NCBI RefSeq assembly: GCF_018350175.1
Contig: NC_058368.1
Coordinates: 228,472,001 to 228,536,000, forward strand
Source: Felis catus
Taxonomy: Eukaryota
Length of the DNA stretch: 64,000 nucleotides
Direction of reading: 5' to 3'
Position 1 is the first letter of the stretch. The number at the start of each line of letters is the position of its first letter. Shown piece by piece: positions 1 to 14,189 of the stretch. The notes under the pieces are model-generated. The model saw only the letters and a list, made by a program, of their open reading frames with translations, searched no databases and was not told the DNA's origin. The position numbers and the translations under genes are program-made.

Positions 1-114
1 TCCTTTACCACTCAGAATGCAACCTCGATATTAATGTTTTCTGTCCACCCTGAGTTAAAATCTGTAAAAGAATAAGTTTTGAAAAAAATTAAAGATAGGT
101 CGTATCATAGGAGG

Positions 115-162
115 GTTTTTTTGTTTTGTGTTGTTTTGTTTTGTTTTGTTTTGTTTTGTTTT
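115..162. repeat. (GTTTT)n simple repeat
   Basis: Tandem TTTTG units read directly. Confidence 0.9.
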
Positions 163-2912
163 CTCTGGGTGAGGTTTGTAGCATAATTTTGTTTCTCCAA
201 AGGATTGAGATGGTGCCTACTGGAGCTCACCTGAACAAACTCTCTGAACCTTTTGAAATTACCCCTTCAATCTGAAATCACCTCTTCTGAAGGATCAGAA
301 TTGTCTGCCTTGGTTACCTGGAAGCTGACGTTTCCCCCGAGTCAAAAGGATATGTTGAGGTTTTTCAGCAGGGGTTCACTCCTCTACCTAGGATATTAGG
401 TAGATATTAATGATATTAATATTAATGAACCACAGTGACCACCCACATAGCTTCCATGTTTGTCAGCTTTACACAGACACATCTGTGGTAGCATCTAAAC
501 ATCAAACTGTAAGCACCCATTGATACTGAATGTCATTTGATCAGTTGCTTTCATGGTATCTTAAAACCAGAATCAAACTCACCTTTATCTTCCCTATTTT
601 GTCCGTTTCAGATCGCCTGTCAGAGCTGCCCTGAATTTTTCAATGAGATCAATTAATTGGTCTGCCTCTAAGACTTGCTTTAGGTTTGATCACAACAGTT
701 ATACCCTTCATGATGTTCCCAGTTGTTTTGTGATCCACGAAACATGCCCTACGGATGCTTTTGTCCTAAGCTCACATAGTCCCCTTAGGAAGGTCATGCT
801 CACAATTAATGATTCCAAAGGCCTTTGGCACCTGAGATACTTGGCATTCTGTGAAATAAGATGTATTTTTATGCTGTTTCTCATTAATTATTACTGGAGT
901 GCTGGCATGGTTTTCCCTAAATGGTTTTGGTGAATATTGAGATCATGTTTTTTCTCCAAGTCCTGCATTTTATGAGAAAGCTGAGTAATTTGAGTAAGAC
1001 CCGAAGCCTGAATCGTGGCCTCTTCATTTAATACTTGCAGAGAAAGTTTTACCTCTTCATTTAAACTGGTCACAAATCCATATTTCTTCTCTCTCTTTTC
1101 TCCTATGTTTGTCAAGAATGGCTCTCTTCAAACTCAGCCGGGAGCAAGCCAAACCTCCTAAAGGAAATTACAGTGAGAAGGGAGGGGAGAGGTGACAGTT
1201 ATCAGCTCACAATATGACAAGAGCATCCATCATGTCTGCTTTGAGGCCAGGGTCTGGGTAGAGGGAAAAAGGAATAAAGCAAATAGAAGTACGGAGGGCT
1301 TAAATGGTGTCTCAGTAAGCACAGCGGTTGTTAACCTCTGACTGGGACCCTGTTTCCTTTGCCCTCCTTACACCTGAGGTTGTCATCAGGTTTCTTCCTG
1401 GACCAGGGAGAGGTGCAAAGCTCTCCCATCAACAGCTCCTTTGGGTTCTCTTTCATGATTTTAATTTTTAATGTTTAATAAGAACTTTTATTACCTTAGC
1501 TAGCATGATGTTTCATGATCAAATAGTTATTCAAGGATATGCCATTCACCATGAGAAGAATATGCTCTTTGTTGAGACTGGCCCAAGGACAAGAAAGTGA
1601 TTAATGACAGTCTTGAATTCAGCCTGTGGGCTAGAGCCAAGCTGAGCTCACCAGTAGCCTAAATTGAGCCATCATAGCCAACCTGCAGAAATATAAGGAA
1701 GAAAAACAATGCTGTTATAAACCACTGAATTTGAGGGTGTTTTGTTACATGAGGTTATTACAGCAATAGCTGACAAATACAATCACAAATTGAGGAAACA
1801 TTGATGTTCTTATGACACATATTTTAATTTTGACAAATTGTTATCAGACTTCTAGTTTTTCACAAATTTATCTAGATTGTAACTCTTTGGAAGTCAGAAA
1901 CAATATCTATTTGAATGGTGGTCTTTAAATAAATATTAGACATTAAATCAATGCTCAATAAAAATTTACTGACAGTGAAGTATGAAACTGTCCTACTTTC
2001 TTTTTATGAAAATTATTCTATCACTTTAGCTGATAATTACTAATAATTTCTTTACCTTTTCTGCAGTTACGATCTCAATTACTAGTGTAACTCAGAAAGT
2101 TACCAAACTCTATTTTGAGACACAATCTCGAAGGACTTTGCAGGTCTGATAAGGTCTTAGCCTCTAATTAATTAGCATCCCTGTGAAACACCAAAGCTAG
2201 AATAGAGAATAACATTGCACATTTCTTTTCTGTTTATGCTTGTTAGCCAGAAAATAGATCACTCCTCAGGTCTGACTCAGTTATTTGCCAAACTCCATTT
2301 TACCCATTGGAGACAAATGGGCATGCTTCTTGAATGAACTACTAGCTTATAATGGCATTCTGGGAAGTAATAATTAGAAAGCTTCAGCTGTATTAAGAAA
2401 AAAAAAAACATGGTATGGAAAAATTTGAACTACTTTAATTAAAGAATGCTTTGTCATAAAATTAGTTTTTGCTTCTCTTGAAATATCAGCTTATTCTCTG
2501 TATCACACCAGCATTTATTAAATGAAAATCAATAGTGGATATGCAAAAAGAAACTTTGGTTTTAGGTTTTCTATCTTTGAATCATGTGACTGTATTCCTT
2601 CTTTAAAATTTTTATATAATTTAATGTAAAGTTTATGACTTAGGATAGAAACTAAATTGGGGAGCTCAGGCAGAATTTCACACCTTTACACGATTTACAT
2701 AATTTTATATGCTTAGCATAATAGCTGGTATCTTATGACATTTAGTAAATATTATCTGAAACTAACATTTTCGGGTGAGGTAAATTCTTGACCCTAAAGC
2801 CTTACCTAATGTCTACTTGCTGATTTTGTTGTTCATAGCTATTGCTTTATTTTAGGCAATGGCATAATTTATGTTTAAATGCTATTATTAGGGAAGAGAA
2901 TTAGCAAGAATA

Positions 2913-3145
2913 AAATTTGTTTGTTTTTTTTTATTTTTTTTAACGTTTATTTATTTTTGAGACAGAGAAAGACACAGCATTTACAGGGGAGGGGCAGAGA
3001 GAGAGGGAGACACAGAATCGGAAGCAGGCTCCGGGCTCTGAGCCATCAGCCCAGAGCCTGACGCGGGGCTCGAACTCGCAGACCGCGAGATCGTGACCTG
3101 AGCTGAAGTCGGACGCTTAACCGACGGAGCCACCCAGGTGCCCCT
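2913..3145 (-). mobile_element. Can-SINE (SINEC_Fc type), young copy
   Basis: Reverse complement of GGGGCACCTGGGTGGCTCCGTCGGTTAAGCGTCCGACTT head, (CT)n and A tail; perfect 16-bp TSD AGAATTAGCAAGAATA at 2897-2912 and 3146-3161; CpGs retained. Confidence 0.95.
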
Positions 3146-3624
3146 AGAATTAGCAAGAATATAGATGATTTATATACCGATTGCATGACAAGAAATTGGT
3201 TTATTACTATCATAAAAAGGAGGAATACAGATGTAAATCCCGTTTGGAATTCTGTACAACTCTTCACATCATTGTTAAACAGCTTATTAATATTGGCGTG
3301 AGGTCATCGCAGTTGGCATCAATTTTTATCATTTTGTAAAAGTAAGCTTTGGGAAGGTCCAATTTCAGAAAACATCCTAAAATGGAATTCTTAAGTTTCC
3401 AATGAGCAGGCAGAAATATAAGTACCTAATTCAATTTTCTGTTCTTACCATGTATGAGTAACACCCAACTATATCTCTCCATGGGCAGATGCAAGGGGTT
3501 GAGGGGGATGGTTATCTCTGGGAAGCATGTACTGAGAATTAATTAGCTAGTGAGTGAAAAGTGCTCTCTTTATTTGTTAACTGCCATTTATTGAAATCTG
3601 GGGTTATAAGAAAAATATATACAT

Positions 3625-3830
3625 GGGGTGCCTGGGTGGCTTTGTCAGTTAAGCATCTGATTCTTGGTTTTGGCTCAGGTCATGATCTCACGGTTCTGTG
3701 GGATCAAGACCCATGTTGGGCTGTGCTCTGACAGTGCAGAGCCTGCTTGGGATTCTCTCTCTGCCTCTCCCCTGCTCATGCTCTCTTTGTATCTCAAAAT
3801 AAACTTTAAAAAAAGAAAAAAGAAAAAAAA
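3625..3830 (+). mobile_element. Can-SINE
   Basis: GGGGTGCCTGGGTGGCT head, CT-rich segment, AATAAA and A tail; AAAAATATAT repeated on both sides. Confidence 0.93.
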
Positions 3831-4365
3831 TATATTGCTGCCTCTTGTATATTGTCTTTTATTTCTTTCTTATGATCTTGAAAACCTCTCTCCCTCATCC
3901 TTATCCAGTTAATTTTATCATTGCATTGAAGATCTGCCTGCATGAAATTTATTTTTTTAATGACTTAGAAGATTAATTAGGATGAACAGAGTATATTACT
4001 TTTCCTCTTGAGTAGGTAGAAAATGAGGTCAGCAATCGAAGTCTTGGCTGACTTCATTTTGTGTACTGTGAACCCAAGAGGCTCTACTCTCGAACCGAGG
4101 GATCAGTCTTTTTGGCTTCTCTGAGAAGCATGAGGGCACACATCGTCATTATCTCAGCTCCAGAGCATCACTCGGCCAAAATGAGAGAACAGATCGAAGG
4201 TTTGCCCCTCCTTTCCATTGCAGTGTCCTTCTTTCTTCAGGCACTCAATTACTTAAATTACAGAATTGGCAGTGGCTTTTCAATTTTAGAAGGCTAATTG
4301 AATGTAGTCTTATAAGATGCAAGAGCTGTGATGCTCCAGGCCCAGGAAGTAGAGGAGAGGGAATT

Positions 4366-4367
<2 letters not shown>

Positions 4368-4414
<47 letters not shown>
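4368..4414. repeat. (TG)n microsatellite
   Basis: Perfect dinucleotide run. Confidence 0.95.
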
Positions 4415-4423
<9 letters not shown>

Positions 4424-4589
4424 ATGTGGCAGGGGGTGGGGATGGGGGTTGTTGCTGCCCTGGAAATTTCTGTTTTGGATCATTTATAAACGAAGTATGG
4501 TAGTCCACTGCTGGAGTCCTCTTATTGATAATATGGATGATAATATCGAAGATAAGATAGTTGTAAATAAAGCAACATTAGAGCTTGTA

Positions 4590-4947
4590 GTAGTGTTTTA
4601 GCTCAGGCTACTATAGTAACAAAGTACCATAGACTGTGTGGCTTCAACAACAAACATTTATTTCTCACGGTTCTGCAAGCTGGAAGTCCTAGATCAGGGT
4701 GCCAGCATGAATGGCTTCTGCTGAAGGCCCACTTCTGATGAGGGTCAAAGACTGCCTTGTGTACTCATATGGCAGAAGGAGAGTGAGCTAGCCCTCTGGC
4801 GTCTTCTTATAAGGGCTGTAATCCCGCGTGTTGGCTACACCCTCATGACCTAATTACCTCCCAAAGGCTCACCTTCAAATATATCACATTGAAGTTAGAG
4901 TTTCAATGTATGGAGTTTGGGGGACACCGATGTTAGGTCTATTGCAA
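4590..4947 (-). mobile_element. MLT1 (ERVL-MaLR) solo LTR
   Basis: Motifs gctactatagtaacaaagtaccatagactg, catttatttctcacggttctg, tcttataaggg, acctaattacctcccaaagg match recalled MLT1 consensus; ends approximate. Confidence 0.8.
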
Positions 4948-4999
4948 GCAGGAAAAAACAACAACCCTTTCAAAATCCCAAATAGTACTTTATAAACAT

Positions 5000-5000
<1 letters not shown>

Positions 5001-5044
<44 letters not shown>
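5001..5044. repeat. (CA)n microsatellite
   Basis: Perfect dinucleotide run. Confidence 0.95.
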
Positions 5045-5046
<2 letters not shown>

Positions 5047-5157
5047 CAAATATGTATATGTCACCACATTGGATGATTTTAGGAAATGAGGACAGGAATT
5101 CAATAATGGGGTCTTCTAGGTGGCAATTCTAGTGACTGAGATGTATGCATGTGCGGG

Positions 5158-5749
5158 TGTTCTAACGATAAAGTCTTGACCAGATCAGTCTTACTGTTCC
5201 CTTGTCTTGGCTAAACTTTAGGCAGATTTCTTCCTGACTGTAGGCCCCTGACCTTCCTTTTCTTAGAGTATTTTCTTTAGAACAGTTGCAACTGAAAATT
5301 CTTTCTCTGCTCCTTGAAATGTATGCAAATCTTCCAGCCTCATTCCAGCTTTACAACCCCGGGAGTGTCTTCCTCAGGGACCCGAGGAACCATCTCTTTG
5401 AAACTTAAACATCAAATAAGGTAGCATCTCTATGCCCCTGTCTCCTGTCTCTGTGGGAGGTAGGAGCCTAACTTGGGTGGATGCCAATTAGCAAACACAG
5501 AGGGTGTAATTGCAGCAAAAACCATTTGCAAACTCGGCAATAACTTAAACGTGCTCAACCCATCCTATTGATCAACCTCACCCTTGATGCCCTCCAGTAC
5601 TTTTCCATCAGCTTACCCTAGTGCTTGAAACTTTCCTGCCTTTTGATTCAGTGGTGTTAGTTCAGTTAGTTTTTATTGCCTGTTGCAATAGCTTCAATAA
5701 TGTCTTCCTTGCCTGCTTACCTTGATCCAGTGCAGGTTTTGCTTTGAGA
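5158..5749 (+). mobile_element. ERV1 solo LTR, MER67-like
   Basis: ctaaactttaggcagatttcttcctgactgtaggcccctgacc, ctctgtgggaggtaggagcctaactt and terminal aataatgtcttccttgcctg...gctttgaga resemble recalled MER67 consensus. Confidence 0.7.
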
Positions 5750-6659
5750 TTCTACATGTTCTGAAATTGAAATAAGAAAGTCCATAGAGATAGAAAGATA
5801 GAGAATAGACAAAGAAGACCGAAGAAACTTTTGGGAGATTGTAGGTGGACGTTGTGCCATTATTATATACTTACACTATATACACACTGGAAAATAGGTG
5901 GCAGTCTACATTCTAAACATAATTCTGGTCAGAAAATAAGCTTAAATGGAATATAAGAGCTCATAGAAAATACAGAATGGTTGTAGTTGTAGATAACATG
6001 TGGCTCCAGTTCCTTAGAATTCCTTAGGAAATACTCCATATTAGAAGATGGTTTGAAAGGAAGAATTGCTAAAGACTTAAAACTTTACAAAAGAGCCATC
6101 GTTTCTCTTGTTTATGACAATATTTTTTCTAGATAACCACTGTCATGTGTGCTGATATAAAAATACCACATTTGCAGCAGAGGAACGCAGATCTTATCAA
6201 ACATATAATTAAAGAAAAAATACGTATCTGTAGTGAATCTTGTACGGTGAGATAATTAACCTCTCAGGATCACATCAAGATACTGTTTTAAAAAGAGATT
6301 TCTAAATAGCCATTTTCCTTGATTTATAGCTACTAAATTTATCACATTATCATATTGTGGACTAAAATATCTAACAATGTTTTCCTTTTTATTTTCAATA
6401 AACTGTTAGCCAACTGATGTGATTCAGGTGTAGAACTCGGTTTTTTGGGAAACAGGAAAAAGTAGCAATTCCTCTTCTTAAGACCCATACAATTTAATAG
6501 TGGAAATACCCATACAACTTACTAGTTTGTGCCATACAGTAAATAACCTAGGAGCCTATACTGGAAACTCAGATTCTACCAATCCATTATGCCCTCCTTG
6601 CCACCCTTAAAATAATGCAACCCACCCGTACAGATGTTCATAGATCTGTTGCAAGTAGC

Positions 6660-7670
6660 TTCATACATTCATTCATTTAGTGAATATTTGATCACCAACT
6701 ATGTGCCAGCGTTGTTTGGGGTGTTTGGGCTATAGTGGGAACCAAAGAAGATGAAGTCCCCACTGTCTAGTGCAGGAGATAAATGATAAACAAGTGTAAA
6801 ATACATTTACAATATACACAGTTGGTGCTATGTGCTATGAAGAATACGGCAGAATGAGAGTGATGGGTGATGGAGGCAAGGTAATCATAGAAGCCCTCTT
6901 CAACAAGGCCACTGAAGTATAGAGATGATGTAAATGAGGGCACAAGCTGGGAAAAACTGGAAGGGAGAAGTCAAACCCTGAGTCAGGAAGAGTATGCATT
7001 AGGAAGAATAGCAAAAAGGCCGGTGAGCCTGGGAGCCATGCTCTAGAGAGCAAGCAAGGAAAGACGGGCGCAGAGTAGAGTTGGAGCCGTAGTCTGGGGC
7101 CAACTCAAGTGGACCTTGAAAGCAAGGCAAGGGTTTCGAATATGACTCTAAATGTGATGAGGAGCCTTGGAGGTTTGAATGGTATGCTCTGAACCAATGA
7201 ACGTTTTATAAGGATGACTAGTGGAAGAGGGGACAGATGAGGCAGACAGGGACCTAGTCTGGAGGAAAGTATTGAAATCATCCAGGTACTAAATGATGGT
7301 GGCTCAGGTTAGCATTTCTCAACCTTAGGAGTAATGACATTTGAGGCTGGTTAATTCTTTGCTGTGGGGAGATGTCCTGTGCATTGTGGGATATTTAGCA
7401 GCATCACTGACCCCTATTCACAGATGCCACTAGCATCTCTGCAGTCGTGACAATGAAAAATGTCTCCAGACATTGTCAAATATCCCTTGGGGGAAAAATC
7501 ACTCCCATTTGAGAACCGCTGACTTAGACTAAGATGGCAATGGTGGAGGTGATGAGAAAGGTTGGATTTGGGATATACATTAAAGGCAGAATGTCCACAT
7601 TTGTTGGTCAATTGAATATGGGGTATAATGGACAGAGAGGAGTCAAGGATGATTGCAAAATTCCTTATGT
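6660..7670 (-). mobile_element. L2 LINE fragment interrupted by MER20
   Basis: cattcattcatttagtgaatatttg...actatgtgccag 3' end plus typical purine-rich L2 body; boundaries approximate. Confidence 0.7.
7308..7521 (+). mobile_element. MER20 (hAT-Charlie) MITE
   Basis: tttctcaacctt...gacatttgaggctggttaattctttgctgtggggga...aatgtctccagacattgtcaaatatccc...ttgagaaccgctg. Confidence 0.85.
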
Positions 7671-9029
7671 AAGGAAGTTCTTGCAGCTGAGACGTAGACC
7701 CAAGGAGCTGATGGCTGGGGGCTGCCTGCTGGTAGCTAGCAGAAAGTCCTTCTTGAAGGATTCTGGGCAGCACGTCTCATTCACTACTGTCTCCAGCAGT
7801 CACCTGACCTTCTGTAGCCTATAGCTGCTCTGTGTTTCCAGCTACTGTGGCTCCTGACAACTACTTTCCCCCAAACTTTTTCCTTCTGTGACTTAGTTTT
7901 GTGATTGTCTTTGATAATTTATATCTATTAGCATATGGAAAAGCAGACTGGACTTCCCAAATGTGACTGTCAGGCCCAGACACTACTTTGGGGACTTACA
8001 CTGTGGTCTCAGACACAAAATCCAAAAGCAAGAAGTTTGCCTTCACTTTCTGTGCCCATACTCTGGTCTGTCAGCCAGGCCCATACAGTAGGAGATGAAG
8101 TCGGATACAAAGTGAGATGGGACAGTCAGAGAAGGAGATCCACAATGTGGATTTTACCAGCTCAAGGAAAACAATTTTTCCCGGCATTCTCAGCAGAAGA
8201 AAAGCATGGGCCAAGCGATGCATATGCATGGCGTACTTGAATGAAGCAATTTTGATTGATATGGGATGGTTAGAGTCTCTTTTTTTATGGTTGGAAACAG
8301 CAATAGACAAGGCTGCACAGCATTGGGGTGTGAATGGCCTTGGAAGCTGTGCCAAAGAATTCAAATGAAATTCTACAGAATCAGGTGATACCTTTGCAAT
8401 TGGGGATTAAGCTTCTTTCTGCATTTTAGAGAGATGACTCTAGGGGAGGTGCAGGGAGCTTGTTGGCACAGGAGAATGTGTTGTGATTTACTTTTTTGGG
8501 ATTTTTCACCAGGCAGGAAATGAGAGATAAATAATGCTGAGTCATGCAAATGCCACATAAGGGGGTCATGCTCAACCCTTCAAAGTGGGTCTCTTCCATT
8601 CCTTCTTTCATTGGACCCCTGTTACAACAAATGTCAATGAATGTGCAGAGATGCGAACCAACATGGCATGTATTGGATGGACGGTTACTTAGTGTTCAAT
8701 TGTTTGCCCGAACCAAAAACAGTGAATTGTGATTTTTAGATGTCAAAATATCTTATTGTGGCAGAAAGCAGGAAAATATAAATATGCCTTGTATCTATAG
8801 CTTGTAGACATTATAATGAAAATATGGAATAGCATATCTAATATGTTTTGAAGTGTACTTGACATACAATGTTATATTAGTTTCAGTTGTATGATATGTT
8901 GATCTGGCAATTCTACATATTACTCTCTAATATTTTTCACATGAATTCACATGTGCTGTTTTTGACTCCCTCTTAACCCATTGTCTAGGAGTAATAATAA
9001 GTTCAGTAATATAATTTAAATTTTATCAA

Positions 9030-9240
9030 ATATTTAACATGTGTCAAATACCTAGTGTATGCTATTTTCGTTAATTTCCACAAGAATATTTTGAAATAGG
9101 TTTTGTTTTTATCTCCAGTTCAGATGAGGACACGGAGACTCAGAAGAACGAGGTCACTTTTCAAGGTCACGGGTGGGTTAGTAGCCGACCAAGATTCAAA
9201 TACACCTCTACAGAATCCAGGAACACCAGATTTTAACTAC
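9030..9240. mobile_element. MIR
   Basis: Core motif cagatgaggacacggagactcagaag...tcaaggtcac...gattcaaa. Confidence 0.65.
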
Positions 9241-10111
9241 CTTACTGTCTTTTCAGAGATGAGGCTCTGAAATGGAATGGAAAGGAGGAGAGACTTTTGT
9301 TGGAAGGAGGAAAGCTGTAGGAGGAAGAGGGGAGAGTCAGTGACATTGGAGTTCACCTTCCTTGATTAACTGGATTAATGCTGAAGCCATTTACAGAGAA
9401 GGGACATGAAGACTGAACTGGTGGATGTGTTGGATATGTGTGCTTATGCAAGGAAATTGGTTTATATTGAACATTTCGATTTTGTGTATCTAAATAGCAT
9501 AGCTTTTTAAGTCTATTTACCATTTCAGTCTTAAGAGGAGGAAAGTTTGAAATGTCTTAGGGAACTATATCCCTTCAGCATAGTCTGATTTCTACGCCAA
9601 TGACATTTTTCAAGAAGTTATGTTTTTGACCTATGCTCATCCAAACTCAAATTATTTCATAATGGTTTCATGTTCTTGCTAAGGTGTCCATATTTCTCCC
9701 TAAAGCGCTGGATAGTTATGCTCTTTCCTGATTGATGTCTTGCCTTTTATCAACCAGACTAAGTGGGAGACAAGATGGATTGGAGCAGAGTTCATTCTCT
9801 AACTAGCTGGGGCTCTGTGAGATATAAAACTTCAGTGCTAAACATTGTTCCAGATTCTGCAAGTTTACTCACCTTGGAGAAACACATTATTAACACTTGC
9901 ATAGAATGCTTTTGGACACGCATCAAAATATTTTAATAGTTTAAAAATAAAATCCAAACACCTATCTATGCAAAACCCTTTATATAACATTTTTGAAACG
10001 AGGCTAAAGATGGAAAATAGTTTCACTAAACCCTTTAACTTTTCTCTGGTCATGCATTTTCTGGTCTCTGTACTTACAGCTCCTCTACCACCCCAAATCC
10101 ATCCCCTTCAC

Positions 10112-10112
<1 letters not shown>

Positions 10113-10146
<34 letters not shown>

Positions 10147-10150
10147 ATGC
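10113..10150. repeat. (CA)n/(CACG)n microsatellite
   Basis: Read directly. Confidence 0.9.
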
Positions 10151-12127
10151 GTGCACGTGTATGCACATACGCTATGCATGCATGTCTGGAATGTTCTTCT
10201 CTATTTGCCTGGTGAACTAGTTATTCTTCAAGGCCTATCAAGATTATTTTCTATGTCATTTTTTTCTCCCCTGTCCTCCATGAGGTTGTAGCTTTCTCCA
10301 TTTATGACTGAAAAATGCTCTGTGCACACATCTTGTAGCATTCTGTACTTGTACTGGGATCCCTCTTAAATCTCCCGCTGGACTGTGACATGTCGAGTAC
10401 GGGTCTGTCTAACTTTCCACACTTGGCATCTCCCCAAAGGCATAACATCAGCTGTCTGATGATCCAGTTGGCTGTTTGCATCCCTCTTAGGCCCCAGAAG
10501 TGGATTCTCAAAAATAAAAAGCGACTTGAGCACGTGCCCTTTCTTCATTTGATCTGTTGGCTGTTTTGGCCTTGCAGTGAGTCTGAAGGGAGCCCCATTA
10601 ACAAGATGCAGATTCCAGGTTCCCTAAGACGCCACCTCCTGTCCTTCCGCACAGTGATTGCCTTCGTAACTGAAAACAGTAATGCAATGTCATTTGGGCT
10701 TCGCGGTGATAGGCACAGAATGAACGTTTGAACACTGCCGGAGAAATGCTGGAGCGCACCATCCCAGGCAGGAACAGATGAGGTCTAACCCTGCTTGCTG
10801 TGACGGACACAGATGGAAAGACATAAAAAGTCCACTGAAGCTGTGAGACCCCCTGATCTTACACCTTAACGTTGGCTGGCACTTCCTCGAGAAGGGTCAG
10901 CCTTCAGCAATATGAATTCTTCCCAGAATATAGTGCTTTATTTTTCCTCTTTTAATTACTATGCAGTGCAGACATATCTGGGCTTCCTGGCATACGCACA
11001 AGTTGGTTTAGCCATAATTTTCAAAACGCTCAATTATATCACAAGGAGCAGAAACCAAAATCAGAGTTCCAAGTGGCCATGTACAGTGCCCTGTCCTCTG
11101 TCCCAGGAGCCTGACTAGGGGAAATAAAGAACCATCTCACCACACCCCTCACGACATCCAGTCTATACAGAACCTTCATTTAGGGTGTTCTAGCTCCAGG
11201 CTTTACTATTCCACTCTCCATTTTCTTCTTTGCTACTACTCATGCGCTTCTACTTCTGCTTATTTTTCAGTTTCTCTCGCTATGTCTGTATATCTAGATC
11301 CAAACACTCATCCCTTTTAATTATTTCGCCTTAATGCTTTGTTCATCCCTAGATCTGTTCCCTTTTAGGGGCTTTTCCACCTGGGTGCTTTCCTTGGGAG
11401 GCTGACTTGAGTGCACTACTGAATTTGCAACCACTCCCCACTGTGACTCTGCTTGTCCGGCTCTATTTTTGAAAACAATTATTACCTTCTAGCTATATTA
11501 TTAACCTATCGATTGTGTTTCTATTTCATTGCTGTGTCCTCTGTTGGTCTACTTCTAGAGATTTTTGCCTATTGTGTTTATTAATGCATTCCTGAACAGT
11601 GATTAATGCAAACACTGAACAGTGAGTAAACTTTTTGCTTCTCTAGCCATTCCTCTTAGTGTCCACTATACCTGCTCTCCCACTGGGCATCCCCTCTGTC
11701 AGGCAGTAACCAGATCTGTGGTGCTGCTGTCCCCCTGCATTGCTGGTCTGGGGCTCATGGTACATTGACCAGGGATCTCAATAAATGGCTTCTGTTACTG
11801 CATCTTGTCTTCAAGCTTGAGATTTCATGCCATAATAGTCGAGGTTTAGGCAGTGTTCATAATTATATAAAATTGCATGGCTTAGAGAGGAAAGGCACTA
11901 AGCCATCCTGCGCTGACAAATACAGAAGAAGAGAAAGCTCAGAAACAATGGATTAGGAACAGGTGCAATCCCTTGTGAGATACAGCATTTCACACACAGG
12001 GACATTACTGTAGGAATTAATGTAGATTATCTTTGGGGGGGCAAAACTATATTTTCTGGATACTAGTTTTCATTAAACCAAAAATTGGTAGATTAGAAGG
12101 AAGCTTATGGCCCGTTCAGGAGTCACT

Positions 12128-12340
12128 TAAAAAAAAAAAAACAGTTTATTTTTGAGAGACAGAGAAAGACAGAGTGTGAGCAAGAGAGGGGCAGAGAGAG
12201 AGGGAGACACAGAATCTGAAGCAGGCTCCAGGCTCCCAGCTGTCAGCACAGAGCCCAATGTGCAGCTTAAACCCACAAACCGTGAGATCATGACTTGGGC
12301 CAAAGTTGGACATCCAACCAACTGAGCCACTGAGGCACCC
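12128..12340 (-). mobile_element. Can-SINE
   Basis: Typical body; TSD GAGTCACT on both sides. Confidence 0.93.
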
Positions 12341-13860
12341 AAGAGTCACTCTTTATGCACATTTCTCAAGAATTTGTTCCTTTGAAAAAATAATGTAATT
12401 ATTTCCTACTTGGTGAGGTCAGTTTTCTAAATTTTTTACCTTATCTCACTAAGAGATTTGCCATATTTGAATCTGTTAAATCCTGAAATGGAACTCAACC
12501 TATAAAGATTACAGGTCAATAGAGCAAATTTATGGATCACCTAACTACATTCCAGGCACTGTACTGAATGCTAGGGTTCCAAGATGAATAGGACACAAGT
12601 TATGTGTGGTATCAGTCAATGACTGAGCATATCTTAGGTATAAATACACACACATATGTAAATACATAGATATGTATGTAACTGTGTGCAAATGTAATAT
12701 AATAAAAATGCTGAAGTTTCATTCTCTGTTCAAACATTACCCTTGGGCAACAACTTCTGGGTTTTTTGAGCATATAAAGAATAATCACGTGGGTTGGCCA
12801 GCTTTCTTGCAAAGGAAAGTACCTTGGGAAACATGCTGTTAATTGCTTTCAGTAAAATCCTTGTTTTGGGAAGTGAATTTTAGGGTTATCTGAGTTACTT
12901 TAATACAGTGTTCTCTTCATTTAAAAATGACATCTTTGAGATTTAGTCACAGAAGTGACTTTTTGTGCAAAACAAAATGACACGATTCCTTTACCATGGC
13001 ATTAGCAGAGAATGTCATCAGTGGGCCAGGTTCACATGTCCCTGTGTGTGAAATGCTGTATCTCACAAGGGATTGCACGGATTCCTAATCTGTTGTTTTT
13101 TTGTCAGTGTAGGATGACTTAGTCCCTTTCCCTCTGAGCCATGCAATTTTATATAATTATAAACACTGCCTAAACCTCGATTACTATGACATGAAATCTC
13201 AAGCTTGAAGACAAGATGCATTTATGTCGGCATGTTCACATTATTATTGAAAGCAAAAGCAGTTCCAATGTTACTCCTCTTAGAGACAAGGAAAGAACTC
13301 CTTCTCCTTTCATTCGACTTCATGCTCTGAGCGAGCAGTTTTCAACCTCTTTCTTGCTTCCCAGAAATTCTGCACCGTTCCCTAAGATTGGTCAGCCATT
13401 TTGAGAGAAATAAATGTGAAAAACATGGTGAAACCCGTCTCCCCCTTTGAAGGTTTGTTTTCCACACTCTCTGCTGAGTTGATTGCTTAAAAAGGCACAT
13501 CTTTTCCTGGCTCCACGTCTCTCAGGAACTAGAGTTTCTATGTAGAACTCCATGGGGAGAGACAAGAAGAGTTTCTTATGCTCAAGTCACTCTTTGCTGT
13601 TACTGGTAAGTCCTGTGGCGCCAGGCTTTTGTGGGTGTGGAGAGACACTGTCCGCAGCCTCATTGGCCAGGGGGGCCTACTTCATGTCCCAAAGAGGAAG
13701 GGGCTTCTATGTGTCTGTCCTTGCGACTCTGTGATCCAAAGAATCTCCCTCCAAGGTGACACAGAGAGGCCAGGAGCCTTTGGGACTTAGAATGTGAAAT
13801 CAGGACACAAAGTTGTGGGTCCTGGGCCAGGCACTTTAAAAAGCACATACTCTTCAACTC

Positions 13861-14089
13861 TTTTTTTTTTTTTTTTAATTTTTTTTAACGTGTATTTATT
13901 TTTGAGACAGGGAGAGACAGAGCATGAATGAGGGAGGGTCAGAGAGAGAGGGAGACACAGAATCTGAAACAGGCTCCAGGCTCTGAGCAGTCAGCACAGA
14001 GCCCGACGCAGGGCTCGAACTAACAGACCGCGAGATCGTGACCTGAGCCGAAGTCGGTTGCCTAACCGACTGAGCCACCCAGGCGCCCC
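13861..14089 (-). mobile_element. Can-SINE (SINEC_Fc type), young copy
   Basis: Typical body, poly(T) tail, TSD TCTTCAACTCTT. Confidence 0.95.
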
Positions 14090-14189
14090 ATCTTCAACTC
14101 TTATACAGATGTGCTATATATGGGTGGATAAAAGTTAAAAGGTGGTTGAATCAATAGATTGTAGGTCCTGGTGCATTTAAATTGTTAGA

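Noticed and set aside
891..1115. 74-aa ORF with coiled-coil-like composition
   Set aside because: Non-ATG start, no recognisable homology, no convincing splice sites.
2035..2150. Strong-looking splice acceptor (TACTAAT...pyrimidines...CTGCAG)
   Set aside because: No good downstream donor or recognisable coding frame; such motifs are common by chance. The same applies to acceptors near 610, 20995 and 52300.
12780..13500. Possible conserved enhancer (repeat-free, E-box CACGTG)
   Set aside because: Conservation or activity cannot be shown from a single sequence.
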